A stretch of 64,000 nucleotides of DNA, from the NCBI GenBank assembly GCA_951406725.2, contig OX597814.1:153822001-153886000 (forward strand), read 5' to 3'. The position numbers were made by a program, and so were the translations under genes. The DNA comes from Octopus vulgaris. Taxonomy: Eukaryota. The notes below the pieces were generated by a model. That model saw nothing but the letters and a program-made list of their open reading frames with translations. It ran no database searches and had not been told where the DNA came from. The stretch's first letter is position 1, and each line of letters starts with the position of its first letter. Below, in pieces: positions 1 through 12,982 of this stretch.

Positions 1-330
1 GTAAGATAAAGTGGATGATATGGTTCTAGATAGAGTATGTCTGGGAAAAAACATCAGGATCACATTGCTGGAAGACTTTTGATAAATCTACTCAGTCAGG
101 ATTGACCTGGGCCTAAGCAGCTACAACAAATAGCTAAATCTTCAAATCACACTCTGTCATATTTAAAAAGGAAGAACCCATGGGACAATGTAGTTCCAAA
201 TATATTGTGTGGAAGTCCTAAACACCTTAAAATCACACTCTCCTGCATATTACTCTTTGCTTTCTTTAAAAAGGACATACTGGATAATGTAGTCCAAGTC
301 TGAAAGACTAGAGCACTCTTTGATTATAAC
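1..330 (+). repeat. Old dispersed repeat (family C), tandem partial copies; probably a SINE/LINE 3' portion ending in (AAC)n
   Basis: The motif aaatagc(a)gctaaatctccctcaaatcacac...ggataatgtagtcc...gacctggggctaaacaac recurs in degenerate form at about 2990-3060, 3400-3540, 9850-10010, 15480-15990, 21740-21990, 42100-42300, 51950-52180 and 58090-58280. Confidence 0.6.
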
Positions 331-448
331 AAAACTAAATTAATATAGCATCTATGAATTAATAACGTTCATGTAGTGACAGGTTTTCCATACTCTTTAC
401 TTGAATTTAAAAAAAAAAAAAATTTAAATAAAAAAGATATTTTATATA

Positions 449-858
449 GGCGCAGGAGTGGCTGTGTGGTAAGTAGCTTGCTAACCAACCACATGGTTCT
501 GGGTTCAGTCCCACTGCGTGGCATCTTGGGCAAGTGTCTTCTGCTATAGCCCCGGGCCGAACAATGCCTTGTGAGTGGATTTGGTAGATGGAAACTGAAA
601 TAAGCCTGTCGTATATATGTATATATATATATGTGTGTGTGTGTGTGTCTGTGTTTGTCCCCCTAGCATTGCTTGATAACCGATGCTGGTGTGTTTACGT
701 CCCCGTCACTTAGCGGTTCGGCAAAAGAGACCGATAGAATAAGCACTGGGCTTACAAAGGATAAGTCCTAGGGTCGATTTGCTCGACTAAAGGCGGTGCC
801 CCAGCATGGCCGCAGTCAAATGACTGAAACAAGTAAAAGAGTAAAAGAGAGTAAGAGT
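449..858 (+). mobile_element. tRNA-derived SINE, family A, full length
   Basis: A-box-like tggctgtgtggtaag, B-box-like gggttcagtccc, CORE-like cttgggcaagt, internal (TA)/(TG) tract and 3' gtaaaaga repeats; more than 10 homologous copies in the window. Confidence 0.9.
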
Positions 859-1129
859 ATAACCAACGAAGTTTAGTATTGACCACTACAGAAGAGAAAT
901 AATTTTTTTTAACTATCAACGTGAAAAAGAAAGCAAAATGCTAACCAAAATAGATTTTGGAAAAAAACTTGTTTCTCTATAATATGAAAGTGATGTGTTG
1001 TGTAACTGAAAAAATATAATAAATAAAAGCTGAGTCATTTAACAGACTTCCACCTAAATACATCTGGCATACACCAAGCAATAACAACCAATACCAATAT
1101 GGCAGTACTCGCAAAAAACAGAGGCTATA

Positions 1130-1193
1130 TGTAGGTATATATACATATATATATATACATATATATATATCTATATATCTATCTATCTATCTA

Positions 1194-1244
<51 letters not shown>

Positions 1245-1265
1245 ATGTATGTATGTATGTATATG

Positions 1266-1360
<95 letters not shown>
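1130..1360. repeat. Compound (TA)n/(TATC)n/(TATG)n microsatellite
   Basis: Seen directly. Confidence 0.98.
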
Positions 1361-1362
<2 letters not shown>

Positions 1363-1574
1363 TTCTAGTTTTTTATTGTTAGAAAGTCAGTTACAGATAA
1401 GATAGTGACAGGCTGTACAAACTTTGGTGTATTTACCACATTTCTGCAAATATTAACTACTGATAAATGGAGTTCAATACTTAAATCAAATATTATATAG
1501 TTGTCAATCATTGTTTCCAGATTTCAGATATTGATTTTTATTCATAACTAATGCAACTTATTCTCCTGTACGTT

Positions 1575-1637
1575 AATTATTATTATTATTATTATTATTA
1601 TTATAATTATTATTATTATTATTATTATTACTACTAC

Positions 1638-1682
<45 letters not shown>

Positions 1683-1730
1683 CATTATTATCATTATTAT
1701 CATTATTATCATTATTATTATTATTATTAT
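1575..1730. repeat. (ATT)n microsatellite
   Basis: Seen directly; source of the poly-Tyr ORF. Confidence 0.98.
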
Positions 1731-2279
1731 TTTCTTTCTTTCAGTATTTGCATTAGTTGGTACTTAGAGAGATAGGGGGAGGGCAGTGTGTGTATGAGTG
1801 CATGTGTTTTTCTTCTCCCAGTCTGTTTAAATATTTTCCTTAAATTGCAAAGTCTTCAATACATTTTCTCTTTATTTTGTTTTTTTTTGCTTTCAGTTGA
1901 GAAGAATTTCTGTGAAGCTACATAAACATTCAAGAGACAGTAAACAATAAATTTGCTACACACTCTTTAATGATGATGATGGTGGTGGTGGTGGTGGTGG
2001 TGGTGGTGGTGGTGGAATAGGGGTGTCTGGTGAAAAGAGTTTAAAACTAAAAACTTGACAAATTAGAGACAGTTTCAGTTGCACTTGAAAGCAACCATCA
2101 GTATTAACAACTGTGAAGTATTCAGTATTTTAACACTACCTCTAACATTGAATGCACAATAGTTAGCAGACATATGTAAGTCAAATCCGGACCAAATTAT
2201 TTATTCAATGGAAATGGGGCAATACCAGGGCTGTCTTAGCAACAGTAGAAATAACCAGGCAAATCAATGCACAGAACCC

Positions 2280-2280
<1 letters not shown>

Positions 2281-2316
<36 letters not shown>

Positions 2317-2660
2317 TTAATGTCTGTTGTCCATGCTGGCATGGGTTGGATGGTTTGACTAGGGCTGGTAAACTAAGGGGCTGCACCAGACTCCAGTTTC
2401 ATTTGGCATGGTTTCTACAGCTGGATGCCCTTCCTAATGCCAATCACCCCAAAAGTGTAATGGGTGCTTTTATGTGCCGCTGACATGGGTACCAGTCTGT
2501 CATGACTATGATTTCAGCTGGCTTGATGGGTCTTCTATTCAAGTGTGTTATATTGTCATTTGTCATTACCTCCATGAGGCCCAATGCTTGAAAGGTGCTT
2601 TTTACATGTCACTGGCACAGGTGCTAGTTACACAGTACTGGCATCAGCCACATTTATTGA
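2281..2660 (-). mobile_element. RTE 3'-tail-derived repeat (5'-truncated LINE or partner SINE)
   Basis: (CAT)n tail and ccatgctggcatgggttgga...ctggatgcccttcctaa; homologous to the 3' UTR of the RTE at about 28250-28456. Confidence 0.85.
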
Positions 2661-2746
2661 CAGTAATCGACAGCATAAATACATCATAATTGGGCCCCTA
2701 GAAGCATGAGGCCTTTAGGCAACTGCCTAATGTGCCCATGCCTTAA

Positions 2747-2958
2747 CCCTTTAGCATTTAAACCATATCTGGCCCAAATATCTTAAATGTTTTATCTTCA
2801 AACTGGTCCAATCCAGGCTCTCATACCTACCCTGCAATGTCATTCTAAAGTCAATCATAACTTTGAGATCTCAAAGGTACAAGATAATACAGGATTAACT
2901 TTAAAGAATTTGACTAAATAAGCATTACATTTGACAAAGTAATTTGAATGCTAAAGAG
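2747..2958. mobile_element. piggyBac-like MITE
   Basis: TTAA / TCAA flanks and TIRs ccctttagcatt / aatgctaaagag; second, truncated copy at 33775-33966. Confidence 0.8.
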
Positions 2959-3074
2959 TCAAGACAGTACCGGACAATACCATATAAGAAAAGCTCAATG
3001 TGGTTGTTCAACCTGCTTGAAATAGCAGCTAGATTCCTCTCAAGCTACACCTTAAAAAATTATGCCTTAGCCAT

Positions 3075-3396
3075 CACTTGCAGGTGAGTATGAGCTGGTA
3101 GCTTGTGTTACTGCACTTTCACTAATTGCTTTAAGTGCCTATGTTGTCATGAGTGGACATAGACACACTCTGTCAGTCTTTCCACCCATAAATCAGGGGA
3201 ACATTAAGGAAATGACAGCTGGAGGGAGAGATAGAGATCTGCACTTCAGTTGGCTGTTACTCATTTTCAGCTGAATAGACTGGAATAAAGTGAAATAAAA
3301 TGCCTTGCTTAAGGAAACAATGAGTTAGCTTGTCCAGGAAGTGAACCAAAGACCCTTTGATAACAATCTCAACACCTTAACCATTAAGCCACATGA
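3075..3396 (-). mobile_element. Degenerate tRNA-derived SINE
   Basis: Minus strand reads gtggcttaatggttaaggtg...ggttcacttcc, then a CORE-like ccttaagcaaggc and gagtaacagc; boundaries approximate. Confidence 0.5.
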
Positions 3397-4196
3397 TTAA
3401 TGAAAGATGCATCAAGTAATGTAGTCAAGTAATGTAATCTTGGATAAATTGCTTGAAAATAAAATGGGATTATCATAACTAGAATATTTTACTCATAGAT
3501 ATGCTTGATCAGTTCTGATATGGGGAATAACAATAACAAATATACATCAGTGTCTATAAAATGATCAGATTTACAAACCTACTAATGATGGGGCTAAGAT
3601 GCTGGTAAAATGAAAAGAAATTTGTAAAATATTAAAGTTCTTGAAGATAATTAAGATTTTCATTGATTAAGGTGTGTGTGTGTGTGTAAATAACCTGCAG
3701 ACAAAGTCATTGGAAAATAGCCAAAAAAATGCCATTGATCTAAATTGTTGACCTTTGAATACCTACCTAATTTAATATTATGATAATAAAAAAAAAGACA
3801 GATTTTTTTCAATCTTATGCAGAAAATCTATGTAGGAAGAAAAAAATTTTAATATCTTAGCTGAAGGCAGAATGTTTTTGGGAATGTCAAAGCTGTAGTA
3901 AAACTCTGTTTACAATTAATTTTTATATGGTGACATTTTGGTTGCATATAAACCTTTCATGCTTAGACATTTTACTTTTTATTTAGATAGTGAAGAAAAT
4001 TTAAAGTTTTCTACCAAGAGACATTTGGGTATACAGCATAGAGTGTGTGGGTAATACATTTGCTTTCAGATTGACACTTTGAGCAAGTGTGTTCTGCAAT
4101 TGCTCTATTGCCTAATATTCACTATTGCCTTGTGAGTGAAATTTGATAGACAGAAACTATGTCGAAGCCTATTACATACACACACACACACACACA

Positions 4197-4262
<66 letters not shown>

Positions 4263-4280
4263 CATACTTACATGTAGCTT

Positions 4281-4501
4281 AAGGCAGCGAGCTGGCAGAA
4301 ACGTTAGCACACCGGGCGAAATGCGTAGCCGTATTTCGTCTGCCGTTATGTTCTGAGTTCAAATTCCGTTGCCTTTCATCCTTTTGGGGTCGATAAATTA
4401 AGTACCAGTTACACACTGGGCTCGATGTAATCGACTTAATCTGTTTGTCTGTCCTTGTTTGTCCCCTCTGTGTTTAGCCCCTTGTGGGTAGTAAAGAAAT
4501 A
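4281..4501 (+). mobile_element. tRNA-derived SINE, family B (Meta-domain-like centre)
   Basis: gagctggcagaa A box, gagttcaaattcc B box and central gcctttcatccttttggggtcgataaattaagtaccag; near-identical to 61520-61750. Confidence 0.88.
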
Positions 4502-4837
4502 TATATACATGTAGCTTATTTCTCTCTCTCTTTCTTTGTGTGTGTGTGTATGCATGCATGCATGTATGTATGACTAGTTTCAAAAAACCTGCAAGTCACA
4601 TGGAGTATTGAAGCAACACTTGAACATTCATAATAAATAAGCAGAAAATGGAGTCAATGCTCAAATGAGACATTGCTGCAATATATATGTGGTCAGCTCT
4701 TCGATTTCCTTTCAGGACTCAAAAGTCATTTAAGATCTCATGCAAGGAAAGAGGAATTATAGATATAAGACATCAAGCTATGCAAAGAGCAGACATCCAC
4801 CATGCATGCATGCATGCATACATACATAACCTGCTCC

Positions 4838-5225
4838 TTTCATTGGGCTGTGGCCATGCTGGAACACTGCCTTGAAGGGTTTAAGTCGAACAAACTAGTC
4901 TTAATACTTATTTTTCTTTTTAAGTTTGGTACTTATATTATTGGTCTTCTGCTAAATTGTTAAGTTACTGTTACATAAACAAATCTACACCAGTTTTCAG
5001 GTGGTAGGGGGAGAGGTTGAAGACACACACACATACACACACAATGATTTTCTATACAATTTTCTTATATCAATTTCACTCACAAGGCACTGGTTGGCTG
5101 GTGTGGGGGGTGGGGGGCTATAGTAAAAGACTCACTATGTAGCCCATAGGTGCTACATGGTGAGATAGAACCTGAAACCACATGGCTGCAAAGTGAGCTT
5201 CTTAACCACACACTCATGCCTGAAC
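4838..5225 (-). mobile_element. SINE family A, diverged
   Basis: Reverse-complement homology to 449-858. Confidence 0.8.
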
Positions 5226-6013
5226 CTATAAAATGATGACCAGAAAATGATCCTGAGCTAACTTACAAACCACTAGGCCTTGTGTGCATTTAGTTGAAAA
5301 ACGATTTTCTTAAATCACAAGTGATCTATTATACAAAAAAGATTTTTTAATAAAAGCAGAAAGACACAGAACTGATGGAAGGAAGTTTTTGTGTGAGTGC
5401 TTTCACTGTTTTCAGCTTTTCAAACACTTGTGTTAATCAGCTTTTTTAAAAGATTTTTCACATAATTAATAATTTTTGGTTTAAAAATCTCTCTTTTCAA
5501 ATATTGTGACCAAAATTTTTCTAAAATTTTTTTAAAAATATGTGCGTAAGCATATGTATGCATGTATATGTGTGTGAGTGTGCATTCCTTTTGCTTTGAC
5601 ATGATTCTAAAAGAATCATTGTTAATACAAACAGCATCATTTGTTTACAATTTTTCTAAAAGCATATCCACCCTGTTTGTAATTTGATAGACTAGTGGAA
5701 AATTTACTTTGTTGTGAGTGTTGGTGACAAGAGGAGCATCCAGTCATAGAAAAATCTGCTTCATCAAAGTCTTTTCTGAATGGTATATTTACATTTAAAT
5801 TGATATACCCTGTAGTTGTTATAACCAACTGAATTATTTCCTTTTATGCCACTGTTCACTTGGCATTTTATATATTACAAGAAAAATGAAAATAAGCACC
5901 AGACAAATACCAGGGAGTTGATATCCTCTGAAATCTCTTGAAGTTTGTGCTCCAGCATGACCACAACTCACTAATTGAAAACAGTAAAAGAAGAAAAAAG
6001 GTAATGTTTCATA

Positions 6014-6216
6014 TACTCTTTTACTTGTTTCAGTTATTTGACTGTGGCCATGCTGGAGCACCGCCTTTAGTCGAGCAAATAGACCCCAGGACTTATTCTT
6101 TGTAAGCCTAGTACTTATTCTATCGGTCTCTTTTGCTGAACCGCTAAGTTGCAGGGACGTAAACACACCAGCATCAGTTGTCAAGCGATGTTGAGGTGAC
6201 AAACACAGACACACAA

Positions 6217-6288
<72 letters not shown>

Positions 6289-6445
6289 GATGAGCTTCTT
6301 TCAGTTTCTGTCTACCAAATCCACTCACACGGTTTTGGTCGGCCCGAGGCTATAGTAGAAGACACTTTCCCAAGGTGCCACGCAGTGGGACTGAACCCGG
6401 AACCATGTAGTTCGTAAGCAAGCTACTTACCATACAGCCACTCCT
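6014..6445 (-). mobile_element. SINE family A, full length, young
   Basis: High reverse-complement identity to 449-858, with an expanded internal (CA)n. Confidence 0.92.
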
Positions 6446-7288
6446 CTTAAAATTAAGGAAAACTTAGTCATTTTTTTTTTTCATGTGCAAAGAAAAAAAC
6501 AATTTAATGTTATCTATCTCTGAAGTTAAGGAAATTCTAATACTACGTTTTTTCTTGCTATGTCCTAAATATATTTTACTTTATCATGCAAAAAAGATTG
6601 AAGCAGAAAAAAATAAGTGAAAAAAAGGGAACAAGTTTAGTGGTAAACACAAGTTTAATACCATGATATATAGTTTTATACCAGCATCTTCTGCATGTTT
6701 ATAATAAAGACCAAATATTTTTTGTTGCATCTAGGCTTGGTTACTGATTTGCATCATGTCTGTCAGTGCAGGAATGAAATGTTTACAGTAGGCAATGACA
6801 GGGTTTATAAATATAGGATGTTAAGTCATAGCTTGTGTGTGTGTGTGTGGGTGGGTGAGAGAGAGAGAGAAAAAGAGAGAGGGAATGAGAGAGATAGCAG
6901 AATGTCTTATTGCCTTATATGATCTGTTTAAACCAAGTGGAATATTTATTGTAATAATAATAACGTCCACTCTCACAGAATGAATCTGAGCAAGTAAGAT
7001 TGAGAGCTCTGAGAAGTAAAATAATAATAATAATAATAATAGTGTTGGAATTAGGGGTGGTTTTGAAGAAGAAGCTTAAAGTGCAATATTAATGCTGGTT
7101 TCTCTCACCAGCACAAGGTCACAAGTTTTATTGGGGAGGCACAACCTCAGTAATTGGGTATTGCTTGTCTTATTGTCCCCAGAAAATGAAAAGTCAATGA
7201 TGGCAGCATTCAAACTTATATCTAAATACTGAGGTATTTTATCTGGCACCCTATCAATTTTGCCATGATTATTACTAATCATATATAA

Positions 7289-7505
7289 AGGCGGTGAACA
7301 GGCAGAATCATTAGCATGCTGGGCAAAATGCTTGAAGGTAATTTTGTCCATCTTTACATTTTGAGTTCAAATTCTGCTGAGCTCGACTTTACCTTTCATT
7401 GTTTCTGAGTTGATAAAATAAGCACTAGTTGAACACTTGGGTCGATGTAATCAACTTACCCTCTCCCCTGAAATTGCTGGCCTTGTGCCAAAATTTGAAG
7501 CCATT
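7289..7505 (+). mobile_element. SINE family B
   Basis: Homology to 4281-4440 with an alternative tail (ggccttgtgccaaaatttgaa). Confidence 0.85.
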
Positions 7506-7647
7506 ATTACTAATTACAATTCTGACTCATTATGTTGTCCAACCCATGCCAGCATGGAAAGTGGACGTTAAATTATGATGATGATATGTTTTGAGTTCAA
7601 GTTCTTCGAAAGTCAACTTTGCCTTTCATTTCAGGATTGATAAAATG

Positions 7648-8036
7648 GGGCTAATGCAGTTTCACACCTCTCCTTGAAAAGTGTATTTTTTTGAAAGAAT
7701 TTTTTTGGATTCCTATGTTTTAGATGTCGGAGATTATGAATATGCAAAAGAAAAAAATTCTTATTTACGTTTAATCAAGACAAACACAAGTAAAACACAA
7801 ATTCTTTTCACTTTAATGTTTTTGTTTGGATTTAATTTCGTTTTGCATATGTTCGTCAATTTGCTACGATCTCTTTAAACAAAATCAAAAATTTTAATTG
7901 GGAGTGGGGGAGTGAAATTAAAAGAAATTTTTTCTTTTATTTTTGCATATTCGTAATCTCCGACATCTAAAACGTAGGGATCTGGAAAAAGTTTTTTAAA
8001 AAAATGAATTTTCCAAGGAGAGGTGCGAAACTGCAT
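7648..8036. mobile_element. MITE with ~105-bp TIRs inserted into a family B SINE (about 7586-8125)
   Basis: 7654-7760 is the reverse complement of about 7921-8036; ataaaatg occurs on both sides; the SINE resumes with agtaccag at 8043. Confidence 0.85.
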
Positions 8037-8774
8037 AAAATGAGTACCAGTTGAGCACTGAGGTTGATGTACTTGACTTACTTCGCTCTCGTAAGATTGC
8101 CGGCCTTGTGCCAAAATTAGAAGGAATTATTACAGATTATAATTTAATAGATAGGCACATAGCAACAGATTGGTGTGATAAAGAAGAGTTGATTAAATCA
8201 AGCATAGTACTTGGCTGATATATTTCATCAACCCCTAAAATGATGAAATGCAATCATTATCACTATCATTTGACAACTCTGGTTAAGACAAACTCCATGA
8301 TTCTGCATAAGCACATCAATGTCTCACACTTTATATCCCAAATCTCTGGCGAGGATATCCAGTCACTCATGAACCTATGACTTCTTCCACCAATTGCTGC
8401 TGTCCCCAAAGCATTATGTTTGAAAGAGCAATTCAAATGCTAAACGGTTAAAGTTGACTATGACTGATTAGACTTATGCTCAAACGTGTCCCAGTTCACC
8501 CATTTACCAAATTGTTCTTCTTCTGAGCATTATATATCTATGACTACATTATCCATAATAACAAGCTGTTATTTGAGGGAGATTTGGCTGGTATTTTTAG
8601 CTGGTCAAGCTGACAATGACTTTCTTTTTGTTCTCAAGCAATACCCAGTAAATTGCACTCTACATTGCCTCACTGTTTGTAAGATGAATGGTAAAGCCAA
8701 ACGCAGTGGGAATTGATCTCATAATGTATACACTCAAGAAACACTATCAGTTTATAGCATCTTTTGTCTTTTAT

Positions 8775-9520
8775 CTCTTGTTTCGGTCATTGGATTGTGG
8801 CCGAGCTGAGGCACCACTTTGAAGGGCTTTTACCCTTTCATTACTGTATTTATTTTGAGATGCTTTGTGTTTCTTTCAATTACTTTAAATATAACAAAGA
8901 ATTTAGTAAAATAACTTAGTTATCATTCAGCTAGTGTTAAGACCATAAATTGTGACTAAGGTTTGGGTGGAAGATTCTAATTCAGAACATATGAAAACAA
9001 GACATTTATACTCAGAGGCAGAGCCGGTTTCAGCCGGGTTAGTAACGAAAGGGTTAATTGAAGAAGAAATCAATCCCAGAACATTTTTTTAAAGTCTGGT
9101 GCTTATTCAGTCAGTCTCTTTAGCTGCACTGCCATGTTACAAGGACATTAAAAAAAAAAAAAACTAAGACCAGTTGTTAAGCAGTGGGGAGAGGGACAAA
9201 TACGGATACAAAAACAACACACACACAAACACATGATAGGTTTGTTTCTAATGTAATGGTGTATATTTAATTTACATTAAATTATTATTTATGATTATTT
9301 AAGGCAAACGCAAGTAAAATGCAAATTCTTTTCACTTTAATGTTTTTGTCTATTTAATTTTGATTTGCATGTTTCCAACAGCCAAATTCACTCGCAAGGA
9401 ATTGGACAGGTTGAGGTGAATATAGAAGACACTTGTCCAACGAGCTGTGCAGTGGGACTGAAATTGAAATCATGTGATTGGAATGTGAGCTTCCTAACCA
9501 CACAGCAACGTCTTGCCTGC
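8775..9520 (-). mobile_element. SINE family A interrupted by a MITE and a MITE fragment
   Basis: Family A pieces at 8775-8830, 9058-9240 and 9370-9520; 9305-9370 matches the interior (7780-7855) of the MITE at 7648. Confidence 0.75.
8833..9053. mobile_element. piggyBac-like MITE, second family
   Basis: TIRs ccctttcattact / agtaacgaaaggg with TTTA / TTAA flanks. Confidence 0.85.
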
Positions 9521-10320
9521 ACCTATGCTAAAATATCTTTTGAATGTCTGCTGAAATATGAAACAGGAAGCTCTAATGTCAGTGACTTAGCAAGCAAATG
9601 GTTTACTTCAGTCCTAAACTTCAGTATTTACATGAATAACCTAGCTGAGAGCAGAATTTTCTTTTTCTTTTTTTTACATAACAAAAATATGTTCCCCACC
9701 ACCATCACCATTTCCTTATATACACACACACATACATACATACACTCATGTGCAGACAATCACAAACACACACACACACAAATACAGAATGTTCTGTTTA
9801 TTTCTGTTCAAGAGTGAGTACACATATAGCATTTTGAGTCAACAAGGGAATTTCTACATGGTCTTTCAGCCTACTAGAAATAACAGTCAATTCTCCCTCA
9901 GATTATTCTGTAATGCTCTTCAAATATGAAGAAGGCTTTGAATGATATTGCTTTCAATGATTTATGTCCAAAATGGATGGAATGGTTATGCCTGGAATGT
10001 CTGCAGAGATCAGCATTACACACAGATGCACACACATATACAATATATAAAATATACATCTTTGCACATAAAGATGCATATTTTTTATCTTTTTAATTTT
10101 TATTTGTTCCAGTCAATAGACTGTGGCCATGCTGGGGTACCACCTTGAGAAATTTTTAGTCAAATGAGTCAACCCCAGTACTTATGTTTTTTTAAGCCTG
10201 GTACATATTTTATTGATCTCTTTTGCCAAACCAGTAAGTTATGGGGATGTAAACACACCAACGCCGGTTGTCAAGTGATGAAAGGGCACAAAGACACACA
10301 CAAATATATATATATATATA

Positions 10321-10620
10321 TCATCATCATTATCATCATTTAATGTCAGTTTTCCATGCTAGCATGGGTTGGATGGTTCGACCGGGGTCTGGGAAGCCAA
10401 GAGGCTGCACCAGGCTCCAGTCTGATCTGGCAGTGTTTCTACAGCTTGATGCCCTTCTTAATGCCAACCACTCCATGAGTATAGGAAGGGCATCAAGCCA
10501 TAGAAACCATGCCAAATCAAACGAGTCTTGGTGCAGCCTTCCAGCTAGCCAGCCCTGATCAAACCATCCAACCCATGCCAGTATGAACAATGGACACTAA
10601 ATGATGATGATAATGATGAC
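10321..10620. mobile_element. Head-to-head pair of RTE 3'-tail repeats (10321-10475 minus, 10482-10620 plus)
   Basis: Both carry ggaagggcatc...ccaacccatgc and (GAT)n tails pointing outward. Confidence 0.85.
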
Positions 10621-10680
10621 AATATATATATACATATATATATATATATACATCACACACACATAATACATATATATACA

Positions 10681-10723
<43 letters not shown>

Positions 10724-10762
10724 ATACATATATATACACATATATAGATATTTATAATATAC

Positions 10763-11560
10763 ATCATCGTCATCATCATCATCATTTAACGTCCGCTTTC
10801 CATGCTAGCATGGGTTGGACGGTTCAACTGGGGTCTGGGGAGCCCGAAAGCTGCACCAGTCCAGTCAGATCTGGCAGTGTTTCTACAGCTGGATGCCCTT
10901 CCTAACGCCAACCACTCCGAGAGTGTAGTGGGTGATTTTATGTGCCACCGACACAGGTGCCAGACGAGGCTGGCAAACGGCCACGCTCGGATGGTGTTTT
11001 TTATGTGCCACCGACACAGGTGCCAGACGAGGCTGGCAGACGCCCACGCTCGGATGGTGTTTTTATGTGCCACCGACACAGGTGCCAGATGAGGCTGGCA
11101 AACGGTCACGATCGGATGGTGTTTGTTACGTGCCCACAGCACGGAGGCCAGTTGGTGCGGTACTGGCTACGGCCACATTCGGATGGTTTTCTTGTGTGCC
11201 ACCGGCACTGGTACCACAAAGATACAATTCCATTAATGTTCATCTATTTTGATTTGTTTTGATTTCATTTTGATTTTCACTTGCCTCAACAGGCCTTCAC
11301 AAGTATCACAAGGAGGAAGGTATGCACAGGTGGACTGACTACGTCCCAGGTAGGGGCCATGGGATATGGCCTGACTAGTCTTGCCGGGTCTTCAGATGGT
11401 GTTTTTATGTGCCACCGACACAGGTGCTAGATGAGGCTGGCGAATGGCCACAATCGGATGGTGTTTGTTATGTGCCCACAGCACGATGGCCAGTCGATGC
11501 TGTACTGACTACGGCCACGTTCGGATGGATTTCTTGTGTGCCACAGGCACTGGTACCACA
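10763..11560 (-). mobile_element. RTE LINE 3' end (stop region plus 3' UTR with ~62-bp tandem units), followed by a partial duplicate
   Basis: 11275-11393 is homologous to 27820-27950; tandem gtgccaccgacacaggtgccagacgagg units; 11394-11560 repeats 11053-11220. Confidence 0.9.
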
Positions 11561-11576
11561 AATATATATATATACA

Positions 11577-12436
11577 CAGAGTGTGGTGAATATATTGTCG
11601 TCTGAATTAAGCAAAAATGAAAATGACACTGACATCTCATTTTAACAGATATATATACCAAAATTACATAAAAATATCTTGAAATACTAAAGAATAAGTT
11701 TATTCAATAAAATCGCCATCTGCTTCAACCATAGCCTTCAGACGACTTCAGTATCTCCTGGCACTCTTCTGGATGGTCTCCTTGTTTAAGTTGGTGCATG
11801 CTGCCATAATCCTTGCCTTCAGTTCATCTTTAGTGTTACGAGGAGTTTCGTTGGTCTCTCACTCATGTGCACCCCACACAATAATGAAGAGGTTGCAATC
11901 TGGTGAGTTAGATGGCCAAATGTTAGGGACGATATGATTGCAGAAATTGTCTGACAGCCACGACTGGGTTCTCCTGCTTGTGCAACATGATGCAGAGTCC
12001 TGTTACCAGAAGTAGGGCTTTCCAGCAGTGACCCTCTTGACCCAGGGTAGCACTACCTCCTCCAGGCACTTGATGTAGGCCTCCATGTTGAGCCTGAGGT
12101 AGTGTGAGAAGATGAAAGGAGACATATTGTTGCCATCACTAGTGATCACTTCAAATACCATAATGTTGACTGGATGTTTGAGTTTATCACTCTTGTTACA
12201 TGCACTGTCCTCAGATTGACACCCAAATATTGGAGCTTCCATTGTGAATGCCAAGCAGTACAGCATATTGCTTCCAAATTTCTGGCAGAGTGAATTGTTT
12301 CATGGTGCTGTTTTTCTCACCAATGGTGCCCAACTGACCCTACTATACTATGTAGTCGACAAAATCAAAAAGAAGCAATGCACATGCATGAAAAATTAGA
12401 GATATAAAATGGCGACAATTTACCCATCGCACCATG
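11577..12436 (-). mobile_element. Internally deleted DD37D (maT) Tc1/mariner element
   Basis: Both termini present (cagagtgtggtgaata / tacccatcgcaccatg-TA); decayed transposase KHPVNIMVFEVITSDG...YIKCLEEVVLPW; homologous to 54934-55809. Confidence 0.9.
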
Positions 12437-12454
12437 TATTTTCATATATATATA

Positions 12455-12936
12455 TGTTGTTGTTGGCATCCTTTTTGTCTCGGGAGACAATGGAGTTGCG
12501 CATAAAATAATCTAGTCCGGCTTTTACATTTCATGTTCTAATACATTTCCTGCTGTGGCTGTGTAGTCCTATCCTGGACAAACACTCCTTCTGGCAGGTG
12601 CCGCAAATGTAGCGAAGACTTTGCCTGGCTGGTTGTAATGTCATAGTTTCTTGTTGACGTCTTTTCTTGTCTTTCCATTTCTCCTCTCTCTCTCTCTGTC
12701 ACTCCTTTGTCTTACCTCTTTTACAGTACATCGCCAATCTCCACGGTTGCTGGCAATTGCTTCCCAGTTGCTAATATTGACGTTGCAGGCCTTCATGTCC
12801 CTTTTGCAAACATCCTTGTATCATAAGAACGTCTTCCCACAGACCTAGTGCCCCTAGCAAGCTTTCCGTAGAGTATGTCCTTGGGAATTCTGCCATCTTC
12901 CATACGGCTAACATGTCCAAGCCATCTCATACGTCT

Positions 12937-12938
<2 letters not shown>
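12455..12938 (-). mobile_element. RTE (BovB-like) LINE 3' fragment
   Basis: Minus strand encodes RRMRWLGHVSRMEDGRIPKDILYG...YICGTCQKECLSRIGLHSHSRKC (C-terminal zinc finger) and ends in an (AAC)n tail. Confidence 0.88.

Positions 12939-12980
<42 letters not shown>

Positions 12981-12982
<2 letters not shown>

Larger units (their letters stand above)
2226..2972. mobile_element. Non-autonomous hAT-type element carrying two nested insertions
   Basis: Imperfect TIRs cagggctgtctt / aagacagtaccg (9/12) and 8-bp TSD ggcaatac / gacaatac. Confidence 0.65.
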
